Shown: positions 26,487 through 39,400, counted from the stretch's first letter. The stretch is 64,000 bases of DNA from Lineus longissimus (GCF_910592395.1 NC_088308.1:2170001-2234000); one strand, 5' to 3'. Made by a program: numbers and translations. The notes: generated by a model not told the origin, from the letters alone.

Positions 26487-26906
26487 TAATGAGTGGATAA
26501 TAGATTCTAGTAACATTTGACCTGACTGATCTTTTGTAACTGGTGAAATTGAGCGGTGTACAGAGTGCATTTCAACACTCTAAAATGTGGGAATGATTCA
26601 GGCAAGTCTGCCGCTTTCCTAACTACCGACAAATAAAGTGACATCTTCCTGATAATTAGAAAAAAGAGAGGAAAGAAGGAAGCTGTCAAATAAAGCTGAA
26701 TCCCATTGGAGCAAAACATCCTTGCTAGAAAAGCTCTGATTGCAAATGTGTTAGAGTAAGACTGTATGACATTCTTCACATGTTTTGAGACAGAGAACTT
26801 CAAAGATTAGACAGGAAATTAGCAGTCTTCTTTGTTTTTCTGTTTGTGATGGTAGCTTCTGCTGAGCACCCATCAGACACTCTGTGGTATTGAAACGTGC
26901 TTAGCA

Positions 26907-28929
26907 CCCATCAGATGCCCTGTGTGATGGTAAGATCTGCTGGTAATGTCTGCTGAACACCCATCAGATGCCCTGTGTGATGGTAAGATCTGCTGGTAAT
27001 GTCTGCTGAAACCCATCAGATGCCCTGTGTGATGGTAAGATCTGCTGGTAATGTCCACTGAGCACCCATCAGATGCCCTGTGTGATGGTAACATCTGCTG
27101 GTAATGTCCACTGAGCACCCATCAGATGCCCTGTGTGATGGTAAGATCTGCTGGTAATGTCTGCTTAGCACCCATCAGATGCCCTGTGTGATGGTAAGAT
27201 CTGCTGGTAATGTCTGCTGAAACCCATCAGATGCCCTGTGTGATGGTAAGATCTGCTGGTAATGTCCACTGAGCACCCATCAGATGCCCTGTGTGATGGT
27301 AACATCTGCTGGTAATGTCCACTGAGCACCCATCAGATGCCCTGTGTGATGGTAACATCTGCTGGTAATGTCTGCTTAGCACCCATCAGATGCCCTGTGT
27401 GATGGTAACATCTGCTGGTAATGTCTGCTGAAACCCATCAGATGCCCTGTGTGATGGTAAGATCTGCTGGTAATGTCTGCTGAAACCCATCAGATGCCCT
27501 GTGTGATGGTAAGATCTGCTGGTAATGTCTGCTGAACACCCATCAGATGCCCTGTGTGATGGTAAGATCTGCTGGTAATGTCTGCTGAAACCCATCAGAT
27601 GCCCTGTGTGATGGTAAGATCTGCTGGTAATGTCTGCTGAAGACCCATCAGATGCCCTGTGTGATGGTAAGATCTGCTGGTAATGTCCACTGAGCACCCA
27701 TCGGATGCCCTGTGTGATGGTAAGATCTGCTGGTAATGTCCACTGAGCACCCATCAGATGCCCTGTGTGATGGTAAGATCTGCTGGTAATGTCTGCTTAG
27801 CACCCATCAGATGCCCTGTGTGATGGTAAGATCTGCTGGTAATGTCCACTGAGCACTCATCGGATGCCCTGTGTGATGGTAAGATCTGCTGGTAATGTCC
27901 ACTGAGCACCCATCAGATGCCCTGTGTGATGGTAACATCTGCTGGTAATGTCCACTGAGCACCCATCAGATGCCCTGTGTGATGGTAACATCTGCTGGTA
28001 ATGTCCACTGAGCACCCATCGGATGCCCTGTGTGATGGTAACATCTGCTGGTAATGTCCACTAAGCACCCATCAGATGCCCTGTGTGATGGTAACATCTG
28101 CTGGTAATGTCTGCTGAGCACCCATCAGATGCCCTGTGTGATGGTAACATCTGCTGGTAATGTCTGCTTAGCACCCATCAGATGCCCTGTGTGATGGTAA
28201 CATCTGCTGGTAATGTCTGCTTAGCACCCATCGGATGCCCTGTGTGATGGAAAGATCTGCTGGTAATGTCTGCTGAAACCCATCAGATGCCCTGTGTGAT
28301 GGTAACATCTGCTGGTAATGTCTGCTTAGCACCCATCAGATGCCCTGTGTGATGGTAACATCTGCTGGTAATGTCTGCTTAGCACCCATCGGATGCCCTG
28401 TGTGATGGAAAGATCTGCTGGTAATGTCTGCTGAAACCCATCAGATGCCCTGTGTGATGGTAACATCTGCTGGTAATGTCTGCTTAGCACCCATCAGATG
28501 CCCTGTGTGATGGTAACATCTGCTGGTAATGTCTACTGAGCACCCATCAGATGCCCTGTGTGATGGTAACATCTGCTGGTAATGTCTGCTTAGCACCCAT
28601 CAGATGCCCTGTGTGATGGTAACATCTGCTGGTAATGTCCACTGAGCACCCATCAGATGCCCTGTGTGATGGTAACATCTGCTGGTAATGTCTGCTTAGC
28701 ACCCATCAGATGCCCTGTGTGATGGTAACATCTGCTGGTAATGTCTACTGAGCACCCATCAGATGCTCTGTGTGATGGTAAGATCTGCTGGTAATGTCCA
28801 CTGAGCACCCATCAGATGCTCTGTGTGATGGTAACATCTGCTGGTAATGTCTGCTTGCTGAGCACCCATCAGATGATCTGTGTGATGGTAACATCTGCTG
28901 GTAATGTCCACTGAGCACCCATCAGATGC
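26907..28929. repeat. Minisatellite, 52-53 bp unit, ~38 copies
   Basis: Unit CCCATCAGATGCCCTGTGTGATGGTAA(G/C)ATCTGCTGGTAATGTC(TGCT/CACT)(GAGCA/TAGCA/GAAA). Degenerate units extend left to ~26840. Confidence 0.98.
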
Positions 28930-30659
28930 TGGCGACCAGATTAGTCACCCTATGGTTTTCTGCTGAGCTTCAATCAGAGGTGTTGATGGTTACATGGTGA
29001 TTGGTTCCTTTCTGTTTCCTCAACATGGGTATGGGCTATAGGTGGTCCTTCTTCTGCTTTCCCTCTTTGGTGGCGCCAGTATCACTGCAAAAGATAAATG
29101 AGCACCAAATATCATAATATCCTCCATCTTTGATGTTTCCAGAATTACTTTTACCCACCCAGTCAATCTGATCATGTTGTGCTGCTTAAAAAAGGAATGT
29201 GAAAAGCAGCATATCACATAAAGCCATCACATATCTACCATCAGTGATGATTAAGATAAATGTATCCCTACTCTTAAAAAACACTTATCTGGTCATTTGG
29301 TCATCATGTCCGTGCTTAAAAAATGCTAGGTTGCTAAAAAAGCAGTGACTAATCACGTATTATCCTCCAGCCATCTCGTTCTATTTACATCTGCTTCCTT
29401 CTCCTTGGACATAGAGACAGATTACATCCTAAACTGAAAAAACGCTGGTGTTTCGTTTTTCCCTGCTGATGGAGCTGTCACTATCTGCTGGTGCCCTTGC
29501 CTCGAACGTGACGGCAGGCACGTAGATGCAAAAACAGTACTGAGCCTGACTTTATGCCAGTGAAGGGCGATGCCCTGTTCAACGATGCAGATGTGACCGG
29601 CGTTTCTTTCGATGATTTTGACAGGCTGTGAAAGGTTGTCATACTGGTGAGTGGGAGATGATTTAAGCCACGTCGTTTGTCAGTCTGGATGACCTTATGC
29701 TTGGTGGACAGTGCTGTTACAATAAATAACTGTCTGTGTTGTTGACTTTCCGACGCATCCATTTTTAGCCAAGGGCTGTCATTTTCTGGTTGATGTTGCT
29801 GTTGAAATAAATGAATGTCTGGGTTTTTGATGTCCAGACTTGGATTGGATGCACTCAAATAGAGAATAATGGTGCCATAACTGTCATCTCGTAATCCTTA
29901 TTTGGATCTACTGGTAGTTTTTATTGTGGAAAAATACCAATTCAGGTGAGGTGTGTTGTGGTCACTCACAAAATGATGAAAAAATCTAAATGAGCCTAAG
30001 GTCGAATAATGATAAATGTGGTTACGATTACTTTGAGTCAAGGGAGTAAAAGGTGGAGTAAAAAGCCTCTGAATTCTCGCAAAAGTGAGGCCATGTTCTC
30101 AAGGTGTTATCCTTCCTGTAGTAGTCTACTTTCCAGAATACTGCCAGAAAGCCAATACTTTTAGCAAAATGAACTTGAGTAGAGAAGTGGATACTGTCCA
30201 AAAGAACTGACAGAAAGGCAATATTTTTTGAAAATGATCATTTTGAGCTGAACTTGAGCAGAGAGGTAATTTTTTCTCTCTCTGCTTGGAACATAAGGCT
30301 CATTGCCAGTGGGTAAAGCGGCTACTGCTTTGTGTTTCTGACCAATGTGGTGTTGATGAAATTCACCTTAGTTTATAGCCATATTTAGTATCCAAAAAGT
30401 CATCATCAAACACTATAGTTAAAAAAAGAGAAAAAGTCTTGTTTTATACCATATCTCTATCAAGCTCCCAAACATCATTATCAAAAAGGCCCCTTTAAGT
30501 AGCAACCAACCAAATCCTCTCCTTCAAAGTTGTAGTAGTTAAACTGTGCCAAAGCCATTCTGGTTCTTTGATGGATTAATGATGTTTTTATTTTCATTTC
30601 CAAAAGCCATTAATGGTGAGGAGACTGATTGCCCGCCATAATTGCAAACTGCCTCAGAG

Positions 30660-31100
30660 TACATTACCGCATTTTGTCGCATTCTGTGCAAAAATCTGAC
30701 GATGTTTTGCCTCATTAAACGAATCAGACGACAAAAACGGAAACGTCTCACGAAACAAACACGTCCTTTATGAAATAATCCATTGTGATATGGCGTAATA
30801 GAATTTTTAATAATCTCGTTTTATCCTCTTTTATGCGCTTCAGTTTATAGTGACTTCCTGGCGTGTTGCGCTTAGCAATAAATAACGGCAAAAAGATGAT
30901 ACAAAAAACAGCGCCACGAGGTTGTAGGATAATGAGTGTTTTATGTCGTTTTTATAGATGGCGTGTTTTTTGGTTTGTGAATGGGTTTGCTGCGGGACAT
31001 CAATCGCGTCGCTGAACGCCGAGGTTAAGATTACGTGAGCATTGTTGAGATGCGATATGGATATTCCATTGAGGTTTATTGGCGAAAAGGAGACCGCTTT
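30660..31100. promoter_or_regulatory. CpG-rich non-coding island, candidate cis-regulatory element
   Basis: Many CpGs, several TTTAT(G/T) motifs, and no convincing ORF or TE motif. Confidence 0.25.
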
Positions 31101-31949
31101 TATTGGTCTTTGATATGGGTTCCTAGCAATTGCTGTAAGCTGTCATCAAATAGGCCGACTTGGGAATATCCTATAGATCTTTCCTAGTCATTTTACAAAT
31201 CTTATTGATATCCTATACTAAATCTGGATTTTTTAATCCTCAAGATTCTTATCTGAGTAAAAAGATTATTTAGATTTAAATGTGTTTAGTTTTTCTTTGG
31301 TATCTTTTTGCCCATCAAGTTTTAAAAGTGAAAATGGTTATCCTGGAGTTCTGGGTGTATTTTAGCTTTTATTCAATCTTTCATACACATTTTATGATGT
31401 ATTTAATTATATTTATCATTTCATGATTAATATTATTACTGAGTTGCTGAGTTATGCTTAATCATGATGAATATGAGGAGCGGGTTGGTTAGCGGACAGG
31501 TTATGTGGTTTCAATTCAGTTGACGATGAAATTTCCATCAAAGTTTAAAAACAAGTGATTAAATCCCACATAGCAGATGATATATCCGCATATTTTTTTT
31601 CAACCATCAATGTTTTTTGCCAAATAGCCTGAGCATGTTGTTTGCAACAAAAAAATCGATCAGGGCTGAAATTCTGCTCTGAGATGCAAATCTCTGCCCT
31701 TGGGATTATCGACATAAAAACCGTCTTTTTTACCCTAGAAAAAAATAACTACTGTATCTCAATTTTTTTTTCGTGTTTCTGTAATTGGGGATAGTCATCG
31801 TCCTTGAACACTGGATAAAAAATCTATAAGTATACAAGAATTGCATCCATTTTACGCGTCCAAGATTTTTTCTTCCGACTGAATACATGTTAAGTATCAG
31901 ATTGGTTTTTTGCAGAAAAAAAGTAAAAAATGTGTTATATGGTTTCAGT

Positions 31950-32950
31950 GAATACCGGTAGCCGATTTGGCCTTGGATTCTTGGATAGTGTCTCTCTCGT
32001 TACGTTACTTGCATTTTTTCCATCTCTTCTTTGGTTGTTTTTAAATGACTTGCGGAGTATGATAATGCAGGGAATGTCTCATTCCCTTCTCTCCGTCGGC
32101 TTCTTTTTTCTTTCGATGAAATGCATGTGGTATTCATTTCCATTTTTTTGCAGTCTGTAAAGGAGATCTTTAGTTCATCTATATGGTTTCAAGGAATTAC
32201 TAATTGGACTCGTTTTGAAAGTCTCTGATCTTGCGTTTGAGGGTTCTAGTAGATTTTTGTGCTTTGTTTGTAATTTCTTGATGACTTTGGACACGAAATC
32301 GATGAAAAAGTTAACACATTTCTGAGCGTGGTAGCAACCTCTGGAGGTTCCATTCGAGAAACACTACCATTGCAGCTTACAGGATCAGGTGGTCGTTGAT
32401 CTGCTCTGCCCCGGATGGCATTGCCTTGGACTTTTCTGAACACGGTGAAGGGACGTTCATGACCTTGGTTACACTTTTGGTTTGGTTACTCTGCTTCTAT
32501 ATATGGTTGAAACATCCCCTCACAACTGTCAATACGATCAACAACTAGTATAAGCACCTACTGCTACGGTCCTATCTCTAGAGCGCTTCAGGTTTCAAGT
32601 GCTGGCCAAACAATGGTATGACAAGTATCACGCAAGGTACTTGGAGTTTGCAAAAAGGGTAAAACGAGATAGGTGGTAGGTCATGCTGGTGGTATTCGAT
32701 TTCTTTAAGATTTAAATCACGACGAGCAATACGTGTTTGTAATGTAAGATGAGAACGAACTGAACACTGTTCAGATGGATGATAATGGACAGGGGTCGGG
32801 TTGCAGCAAGATGGAGGGGGCCAAGAGGAGAAATCGTAAGAGTGGAGTATCCCTGGTAAGAGTCCGGGTGGATTCTAAGAAACTTCATTAGGACCACGAA
32901 TCGGAAAAGCTCTCACAACAGCAAGCTCTGGTGAGTCACTTTTATAACTT
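31950..32950 (-). mobile_element. Possible decayed LINE endonuclease/linker relic
   Basis: Minus strand QGYS (ORF 32712..32897), IARRDLN (GDxN-like, ~32715-32730), PTTY..STLRD and IP*N in the expected order. Weak. Confidence 0.25.
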
Positions 32951-33014
32951 TGTGAAACATCTGAAGTGACTGCCTAAACCAAAGCATTTTCCACATGTCC
33001 TACTTGACGTTCCC

Positions 33015-33126
33015 TTTTTAGCTCACCTCTGTGGAGCTTATACGATACTGTGGCGTCCGTCGTTCGTCGTCCGTTAGCAGAGCACGTTTCGTCACTGCTA
33101 GCGCTAGATGGCTAAAACTTGGTGTG
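33015..33126 (+). mobile_element. HINE/DINE-1-like 5' end, copy B
   Basis: TTTTTAGCTCACCTCTGTGGAGCTT, then GCGTCCGTCGTTCGTCGTCCGT, then GAGCACGTTTCGTCAC.GCTAG.GCTAGATGGCTAAAACTTGGTGTG shared with the reverse complement of 11761-11888. Confidence 0.65.
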
Positions 33127-34249
33127 ATGGTAGCTTTGGGCATTTGATTGTATATCTGTCTACTCTCTAGGGTCCTGGGTATCATTTCTGCTCTTATCAG
33201 CCATAGATGTCCCAAGGTGGCTACTCTTTTTAATGTCTGCATCTCCTTGTCTCCCCACCTCGACATTACAATAACTGGCAATTCCCGCATCTGTTGCAAA
33301 AATTCATTACCTCGGTTAATGATTGTGGCATTAGTAGGTGGTCTGATTAATATCCTCAGCCACTCTAATCGCATCTATCTTCATTGTTTTTTCCCCTAAG
33401 TGATTGGTTTCATGTCCGGTATCATTTATCACCAGAAGTGACAACAGGGAGGCATGACCTGTTGACCAGTTTGGCAAAGTCTCTAGTTTAGACTAAGTTG
33501 TTTTGTCTGTGCCATTAACTCCATTGAACAAACATCCCCAAACCTTTATATTATCTTACCAAATGTTATTTCGGGAGGGATATTGAGAAATGCAGTTCAT
33601 TATCCAAGCTTTTCCCAGTTTCCTTCCGGTCTGTATCTTTTGAACAAAACAGATTTCAATATTTTGCAGGGATGATCAAGTATTGGGAATCAGAGGTGTG
33701 TCACGATTGACCATGATCTTGTGACATCGAATCTAGAAAACCCTTGTGTCACTGACCTTTAATTATTTCAAAATTATGGCTCTCATACCCCACACAAATC
33801 TTGGCACCAAAGATATTTTCTGTCCCCAAAAGCTTACTCACAAACACCTGCAAGTGCAAGGTTAACCCTCAACAAGGCCCAAAGGAAAACTGCACATTTC
33901 GCTAGTTTCATTTGCCAAACGTTGATGACGATCGACCCCATTTTAATGGGGAGTACTAATTGACCTAGATCAGAGAAACCACTTCCCAATATGACTTTTG
34001 AAAATTGTGGTAGATGAGAGCTGTGAGTGGAAGATAGGGCCAGTGCGCCGGATATAGTCTAATGGTGATCATGGCCCGATTATGTGGCTAAAAATATCTG
34101 CTACGTAGCTCATCTAGCTGAAAGGTCCCTTACAGCCTCAATGCAAACAACACCAAATGCTAGAAAGGGTTTGACATGTCTGAAGTATTAAGTTTGAAAT
34201 CATTGAGGGCAAAGCCTGTTTGGCGAGTCCTATTTTAAGGTCACTCCAG

Positions 34250-36050
34250 AGACAAGCTACTTCGTCATGCTGATCATGTGTCTAATCTGCAGTGATAAAT
34301 TGATTGTGTCGTCTAGACCTGCTTGGGAAAGTTATTAATGAACGCGAGACAACCTACAACCTTATAAAGCAATCAAGAAAACCTGTGGAGGAATCTTGTC
34401 ATCAAGTGAAGCAACCACTGGTGACGTTACTGCTGATTACGGGTGAGAGGAACCGATCTTTGTCCTCTTGCCGCACTGCACAAGTCTAGAAGAGATCTCG
34501 GCCAGAACCTTGGCATTCTCTATTCAAAGTGATGTTGACTTAAAGGAAAGCTTGCCATCTTTCCTTGCAAACAACCTGCAGCCGGATATATTACAGTCAA
34601 GCAAACCTGTGGAGGAATCTCAATCTCTCTACCACTGATTGCTTGTCAAAGGAGCCAGATTTTCTTCTCTTTCTTAGTGGAAGAGAGTTCAAAAAGTATT
34701 TGGACCGAAACCTCATAATCCAGTAGCTAGGTGGTGTTGAGCTGAATTGCAGCAAGTGAGGAAATGTGGTCATCTTGACTTTCAATATTTACTACTTCAA
34801 ATTGGGGAAACTTTTTTCTTGATTTTATTTTTTCCTCTCAATAAGCAATTTTACTACATTTCCAAGAGACTACAATGTCAGAACACAGTACAGTACAGTT
34901 CTGCCGTACAAAGGAGCAAATTCAGATGTTATGAGAAAAACCTTGTCCTCAAACATATTCAGGAACCAATTGGTATGCAAGTCCTGCTTCAAGACGGCTC
35001 CTGCCAACATGATTATGACCTCGAGTGTTTTCCCCAAACAATCCACCTTGTTTTTATCAGGTTTCCAAAATTTCATAATACGAAGAGTTATGGCTTTGTT
35101 ATCACGACATGCGGTGTTGTTTTCTATATATATTCTTCATCACATCGTCAGTCTTGATCAGACATGTTCATAAATTTCCAATTTGTAAAATCTGGCACCA
35201 CGATTCTGACCTTTGCCGGCATTGGCCGCTTGGTGTGTTGTATGGTGCTAGATATGGGTCGACTTTGTGTTAACTGCCTTGGTGTTGGTGTTTTATATTA
35301 TAGCGGTTCATGGTCCATCATAAACCCCAGCTGCAAGTGCGGGTATTTGGGGTATTGTTCATAATATATGTAAGAATAAAAGGCTGAAGCAAAATTGACA
35401 TGATTTCTCAGAAAATTTTTATTGTAGTTTTGAAAAAATATATATATCACAAACAAAAAACAATTAGTCACTGGGAATCACATGAAACCCTGGATGAAAT
35501 ATCAGATAATGTAGTATTTGATCGATTCATTTTGAAAAAGAGAATTTTCCTCATGCATATGTTTACATGCTTATCTTGGTTATGGTTCACTGGTATATAT
35601 TGTAGAAGGAAACCAGAGCCCCTGGAGGTAATCTACATTGGTGACAGTAACCATCAACTCGTGGAGGACAGAAACGGGAATGACATTCAGTGCACAGGGT
35701 GGGGTGGAAGTCTTGTTATTACACAAAGTACGGCAAAGCAATCCAACATGCTGATCAGCAGCTCCCTTATCTGGGTCATATTCGCTGAAATCACTGATGT
35801 CTGGCTGAGGATGATTGATATATATGTGGACAGCCTGCTGATTGCATATTATTACCTATTTCCCATGTCATGTACCATGAATCAGGTCCTTATTAACATA
35901 CTTCAACTAGAGCTATCGGTAGTATTATTCCCAGAACAAAAAAGGGTTTCCCAAAATCAGTAAAGTGGTTGCCGGTGACCATGTATCAGGTCCAATTGAT
36001 ATTGTTTCAGCTGGATATTTTCAAATATGATGTTCAAAATTGGCCAAAAT
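34250..36050 (-). mobile_element. Decayed LINE ORF2 relic (APE + RT)
   Basis: Minus strand: PDTW (ETW-like, ~35985), NVDY (~35630), DFTNWKF (DxxNYR-like, ~35180), KQGGLF (~35045), CSFV, GCLQGKMAS (GVRQG-like, ~34555-34580), SLDD (~34400). Confidence 0.5.
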
Positions 36051-36450
36051 TTGGTAAATCGGCATAGTTAGGAAAACCATTTTGGTGTTAGCAGTTACAT
36101 TCATTGGCTTTAAGTCCTTAATCTACTTAATTTTATATGAAATTTACTGGAGCTAACGCTGGTCATTGTCTCCGATGCCAATTGGGCAGCTGGGCCCAGA
36201 CTCTCCACTGCGTTTGACTGATGCAAGCCACAAAGTAAAATCTTATTCAACAACATTTACTGCTCCCTGGGGAACAGATTCATGCATTTAGAATTGGCGC
36301 TTAAATCAGGCAGGTTCTCTTGTGGCAAAATGACTAGTGGCTTTTCGTAAACCAATAAATTTGTCTGGATCCTTATGAAGGTCGTTGGTGTAGTCACAGT
36401 GCCATTTATTTAATTCTCGCATATATTAACTCGAGGGGTTCTTTTCAGTG

Positions 36451-36820
36451 CCTGTAGGTTCTGTTGCACATGAAAAAATTGTGAAAAAAACGCTATTGTA
36501 TCTGAGGTTGGGGTTTGCAGTCCATTGAGGTAAATATTAATGGATTTTCATACCCCTCTTTTTGCTTGAAGATTTGCCTCAAAATCTGCAAAAATGTAGG
36601 AATGATACCAAATTGAATTTGTTTTTACCCTGTAGGTCTGTTGTGCTTAAAAAAATGAAAAAGAAACAGTTGTAAATCTGTTGGAAGATATTTTCCATTG
36701 ACGCGATCATTGATGGATTTTCAACACTTCATTTTGTTTGCTTTTGCTTTTGCCTGAAGGCCTGTTGCAAATTCTTTATCAAGTGTAGAAAAAAAACCAA
36801 ATCGAATTTGGATTTTTCCA
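36451..36820. repeat. Old tandem duplication, 2 x ~180-190 bp
   Basis: CCTGTAGGT..CTGTTG, TCCATTGA, ATGGATTTTCA and ACCAAAT.GAATTTG recur at ~36451-36628 and ~36629-36820. Confidence 0.75.
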
Positions 36821-36899
36821 GGCAAGGAAGTGATGGTGTAAGTGCAATATTTCATTGACAACTGTCACTCAGGCATGATATTTTTTACAATTTCTTACC

Positions 36900-38100
36900 C
36901 TGGAGTTTTGCAAAAGCACCATTATTTGCTTGTATTCATGGTCTGTGTAACCTCTTTTTTGAGAACACTAGAGTCTACTTATGTGGCCATAAACATAACC
37001 AGTCAGACACAACAGCAACAAAAATATATTGAGAACAATTATGGCCAAGGTCATGTTAATTGCGTAGCGTACCCCTATTCAATCGAACATATTGTCCATA
37101 CCCACTGTTATTTTTCCTCCCCTCTCCACCTCCAGACTGAATGATGGCCTCAATTGCAGTCATACCTAGATAAATACATCATATTGACAGAGTGGTTATG
37201 CCTGATTCACATCTGTTTTCAAATCATTAAGGCATTTGGACGCCCATCACACTCCACTATATTCAAAGAGAAAAACCAATCCATCATTGAGTTTCATTTT
37301 TCATCAGTATATTAGGATAATACGATATGACCTTCGGGCACTCACAAGTTTGTATGTTTGTTTTCTTTTCATATAAAGTACAAATACATCATAGGATGGT
37401 GGTCATCATCTCCTCAGGTTCTTCTGCGAGATGCACACGATGAAGGTCTTAGTTGATTATTGGAGACATGTCCGACTGAAAGCTTTTTGTGATCCGGCCG
37501 TTTGTGGACCTGCGTTCTGACTATTGACTAATCAAAGGAAAAAGTGTTTGGGGTGGTGAGAATGGTAGATGTCTGATTGATACAATGATTGTGTAAGCAA
37601 AGTGGTTTTTATCATGTTTTTGTGGCTGCAAAGAGGAGTAAATGACCGCAGCTGTCATACCCCAGTTTGGAAAGTAAGGGGAAAAGACTGTTAAACTGTG
37701 TTTTTGTTGATTTGATAATGAGTTTTTGTTCAGAATATTGTAAGAAAGGATGATCAAGGAGTAAATTAGCGCCACATTTTGCCAAAAAAAGTTCCCCCAC
37801 CATCCACTAAAACATACAAATCATGAATGCTGAGATAATTTGAAAAAGGTTCAACCCAATTTCTTCATTTCGTCTCCTGAGGAAGAATCAAATACTGAAA
37901 AATGAGACCCTGTTTGACTGCCTTAGATGACATTTCTTCGTGGTATCCTCAAAACGAACCTTCGCATTGCTAATCACCTTTCCTCTTTCTGCGCACTCTT
38001 CTTTGTCACTGTCTGTTTTTCAATTGTTCAAACTCAAGGCCATTGCAAAAAGGATCTGAGCAGTGCGTGGTAATTTTATCAGTTTTGATGACTCCATAAT
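36900..38100 (-). mobile_element. Decayed RTE-like LINE RT relic
   Basis: Minus strand has a basic linker EFEQLKNRQ*QRRVRRKRK (~37980-38035) and VNMMY...CSIE*GYATQLT*PWP*LFSIY (GVRQG..SPxLF-like, ~37025-37190). Confidence 0.35.
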
Positions 38101-38489
38101 ATTGTCAGAGTATTTGATCTGATAGGCGAAGTTTTCATAATGACACCGTTGGAGAAATTTTCATCATATTTTGTTAAGTGCACTCTCTGTACTACTTGAT
38201 GACTTCCAATATATTTTGATGTATTTGTTGATTAATCATTATCATACTCCTTTCAAATATTTGACAGGGTTGATTTCGATTGAAGGAGAAAAGACAAGAA
38301 AGTGCAAAATGTGAGCTGGTTAAAAAGATTGTTGAAAGAGAATCCTAAAATGTGATGAGTCGTACTTCCTGTAGAGGCTTCTCTGCTAGCAATACTCTAG
38401 ACTTCACAAAGGACAAGTAATGGGCGTATTTGGAGAGGTAGCTCTGTGAGCAGTTTTCCGTATTTCAACCTTCAGATAGAACAAGGTCA

Positions 38490-38710
38490 TTTTCACTTTT
38501 CACTGATCAGGGTCTGTCTCAAAATGCTTCACAAGAACTTTCACTGTTACAGGTCTCCTCAGAGGCACTCTGAGATATCAAGTAGCTGCTGTTAATTCAG
38601 TGCTCAGAGATCGACCTGGGAGATATAAAGTGATTACCAGGCCAGGATTCGAATCCGAGATCTCTGGATTGAGAATTGGATACCTTAACCAGATCGTTCT
38701 CAAGCTGCGC
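38490..38710 (-). mobile_element. tRNA-derived SINE
   Basis: Minus strand A-box-like TGGTTAAGG and B-box GGATTCGAATCC (38645-38656), then a body ending GTGAAGCATTTTGAGA, similar to L2-type SINE tails. No complete cloverleaf. Confidence 0.55.
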
Positions 38711-39211
38711 TTAAAATAATGCAGTAAGTACTTGGAATTTGACCAAGGAGGGGCCAAAACTCGGATTAGATGCTGTCCCTAAATCACTTTGAAGTAACAA
38801 ACCACAAAGGCATCAGCAAAATAAACCATGATAATAGTGCAAGGTCAGTGACAAAGGCAGTTAAGCAACATTAGGTCGCCTACCCAAGGGAGTAAATTGC
38901 TACCTTCGGTAATTATAGCATATACAAGGTTGCTGTTTGTGAATAGATAGCCAGAATGCATTAGTTAGCTTCAATATTGACTGGTTGGCTTTGTACGCCT
39001 GGGTCTTGTTCAATCACCTTTATGTATGGATAATACCAGAAAGGATGGAATCATTGGGTGATTGAAGAAGGCTAACCAAAACCAGTGGTGTTTGGAGGTT
39101 ATTCCTGACCAGTGGATTTCCAGTCATGCATGCCAGAGTGTTCTAGTTAACCAAATGCTAAACCAGTGGTGGCCGCTGAAGCAGCTGAGGTAACCAGCCT
39201 GCAAGTTTTGC

Positions 39212-39400
39212 TACAGTGGAACCCTGGTAACACAACCTCTCATGGGACCGAAGTTGAATGGTCGCGTTACCGGTTACCGGGATGGTCGTGCTAGTGAAAT
39301 TAAAAATCAGGGGACAAAATGCATGATTAGGTTTTCCCGCCAAAATTGTTGGAAAAATATTTCGACTTCGAAATTTTTCGAAGTCTCTTAACAGAAATAA
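39212..39400 (+). mobile_element. Truncated Tc1/mariner(pogo)-type MITE left end
   Basis: TA followed by CAGTGGAACCC at 39212, then a CpG-rich subterminal stretch. No matching right TIR found. Confidence 0.45.

Larger units (their letters stand above)
25590..29900 (-). mobile_element. Decayed CR1/L2-like LINE ORF2 relic split by a minisatellite and a MITE
   Basis: Minus strand: SPWL and ASLNRASPFT (ORF 29481..29858), GWVKVILETSK...HLSF (ORF 29020..29217). Beyond the array: IQSY...NGIQ..FFPLFFLII...AADL (GVPQG/ADD-like, ORF 26507..26803). Beyond the MITE: MVNGREI (~25685-25705). Confidence 0.5.

Noticed and set aside
26482..26491. GCTGGTAATG shared between the MITE end and the nearby minisatellite unit
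   Set aside because: Only 10 bp with no extended similarity, too short to infer origin.
26907..28929. CRISPR-like array (regular period, hairpin in the unit)
   Set aside because: No unique spacers, no cas genes and a eukaryotic context; it is a head-to-tail minisatellite. ORFs within it are repeat artefacts.
35400..35963. Longest ORF (187 aa, + strand)
   Set aside because: No recognisable domain; it lies antisense to a LINE endonuclease relic.
36626..36650. miR-10/miR-993-like TACCCTGTAG
   Set aside because: Only the first 10 nt match, there is no precursor hairpin, and it is part of a local duplication.
38633..38710. tRNA gene
   Set aside because: A/B boxes are present but acceptor and anticodon stems are incomplete, and a SINE-like body follows.
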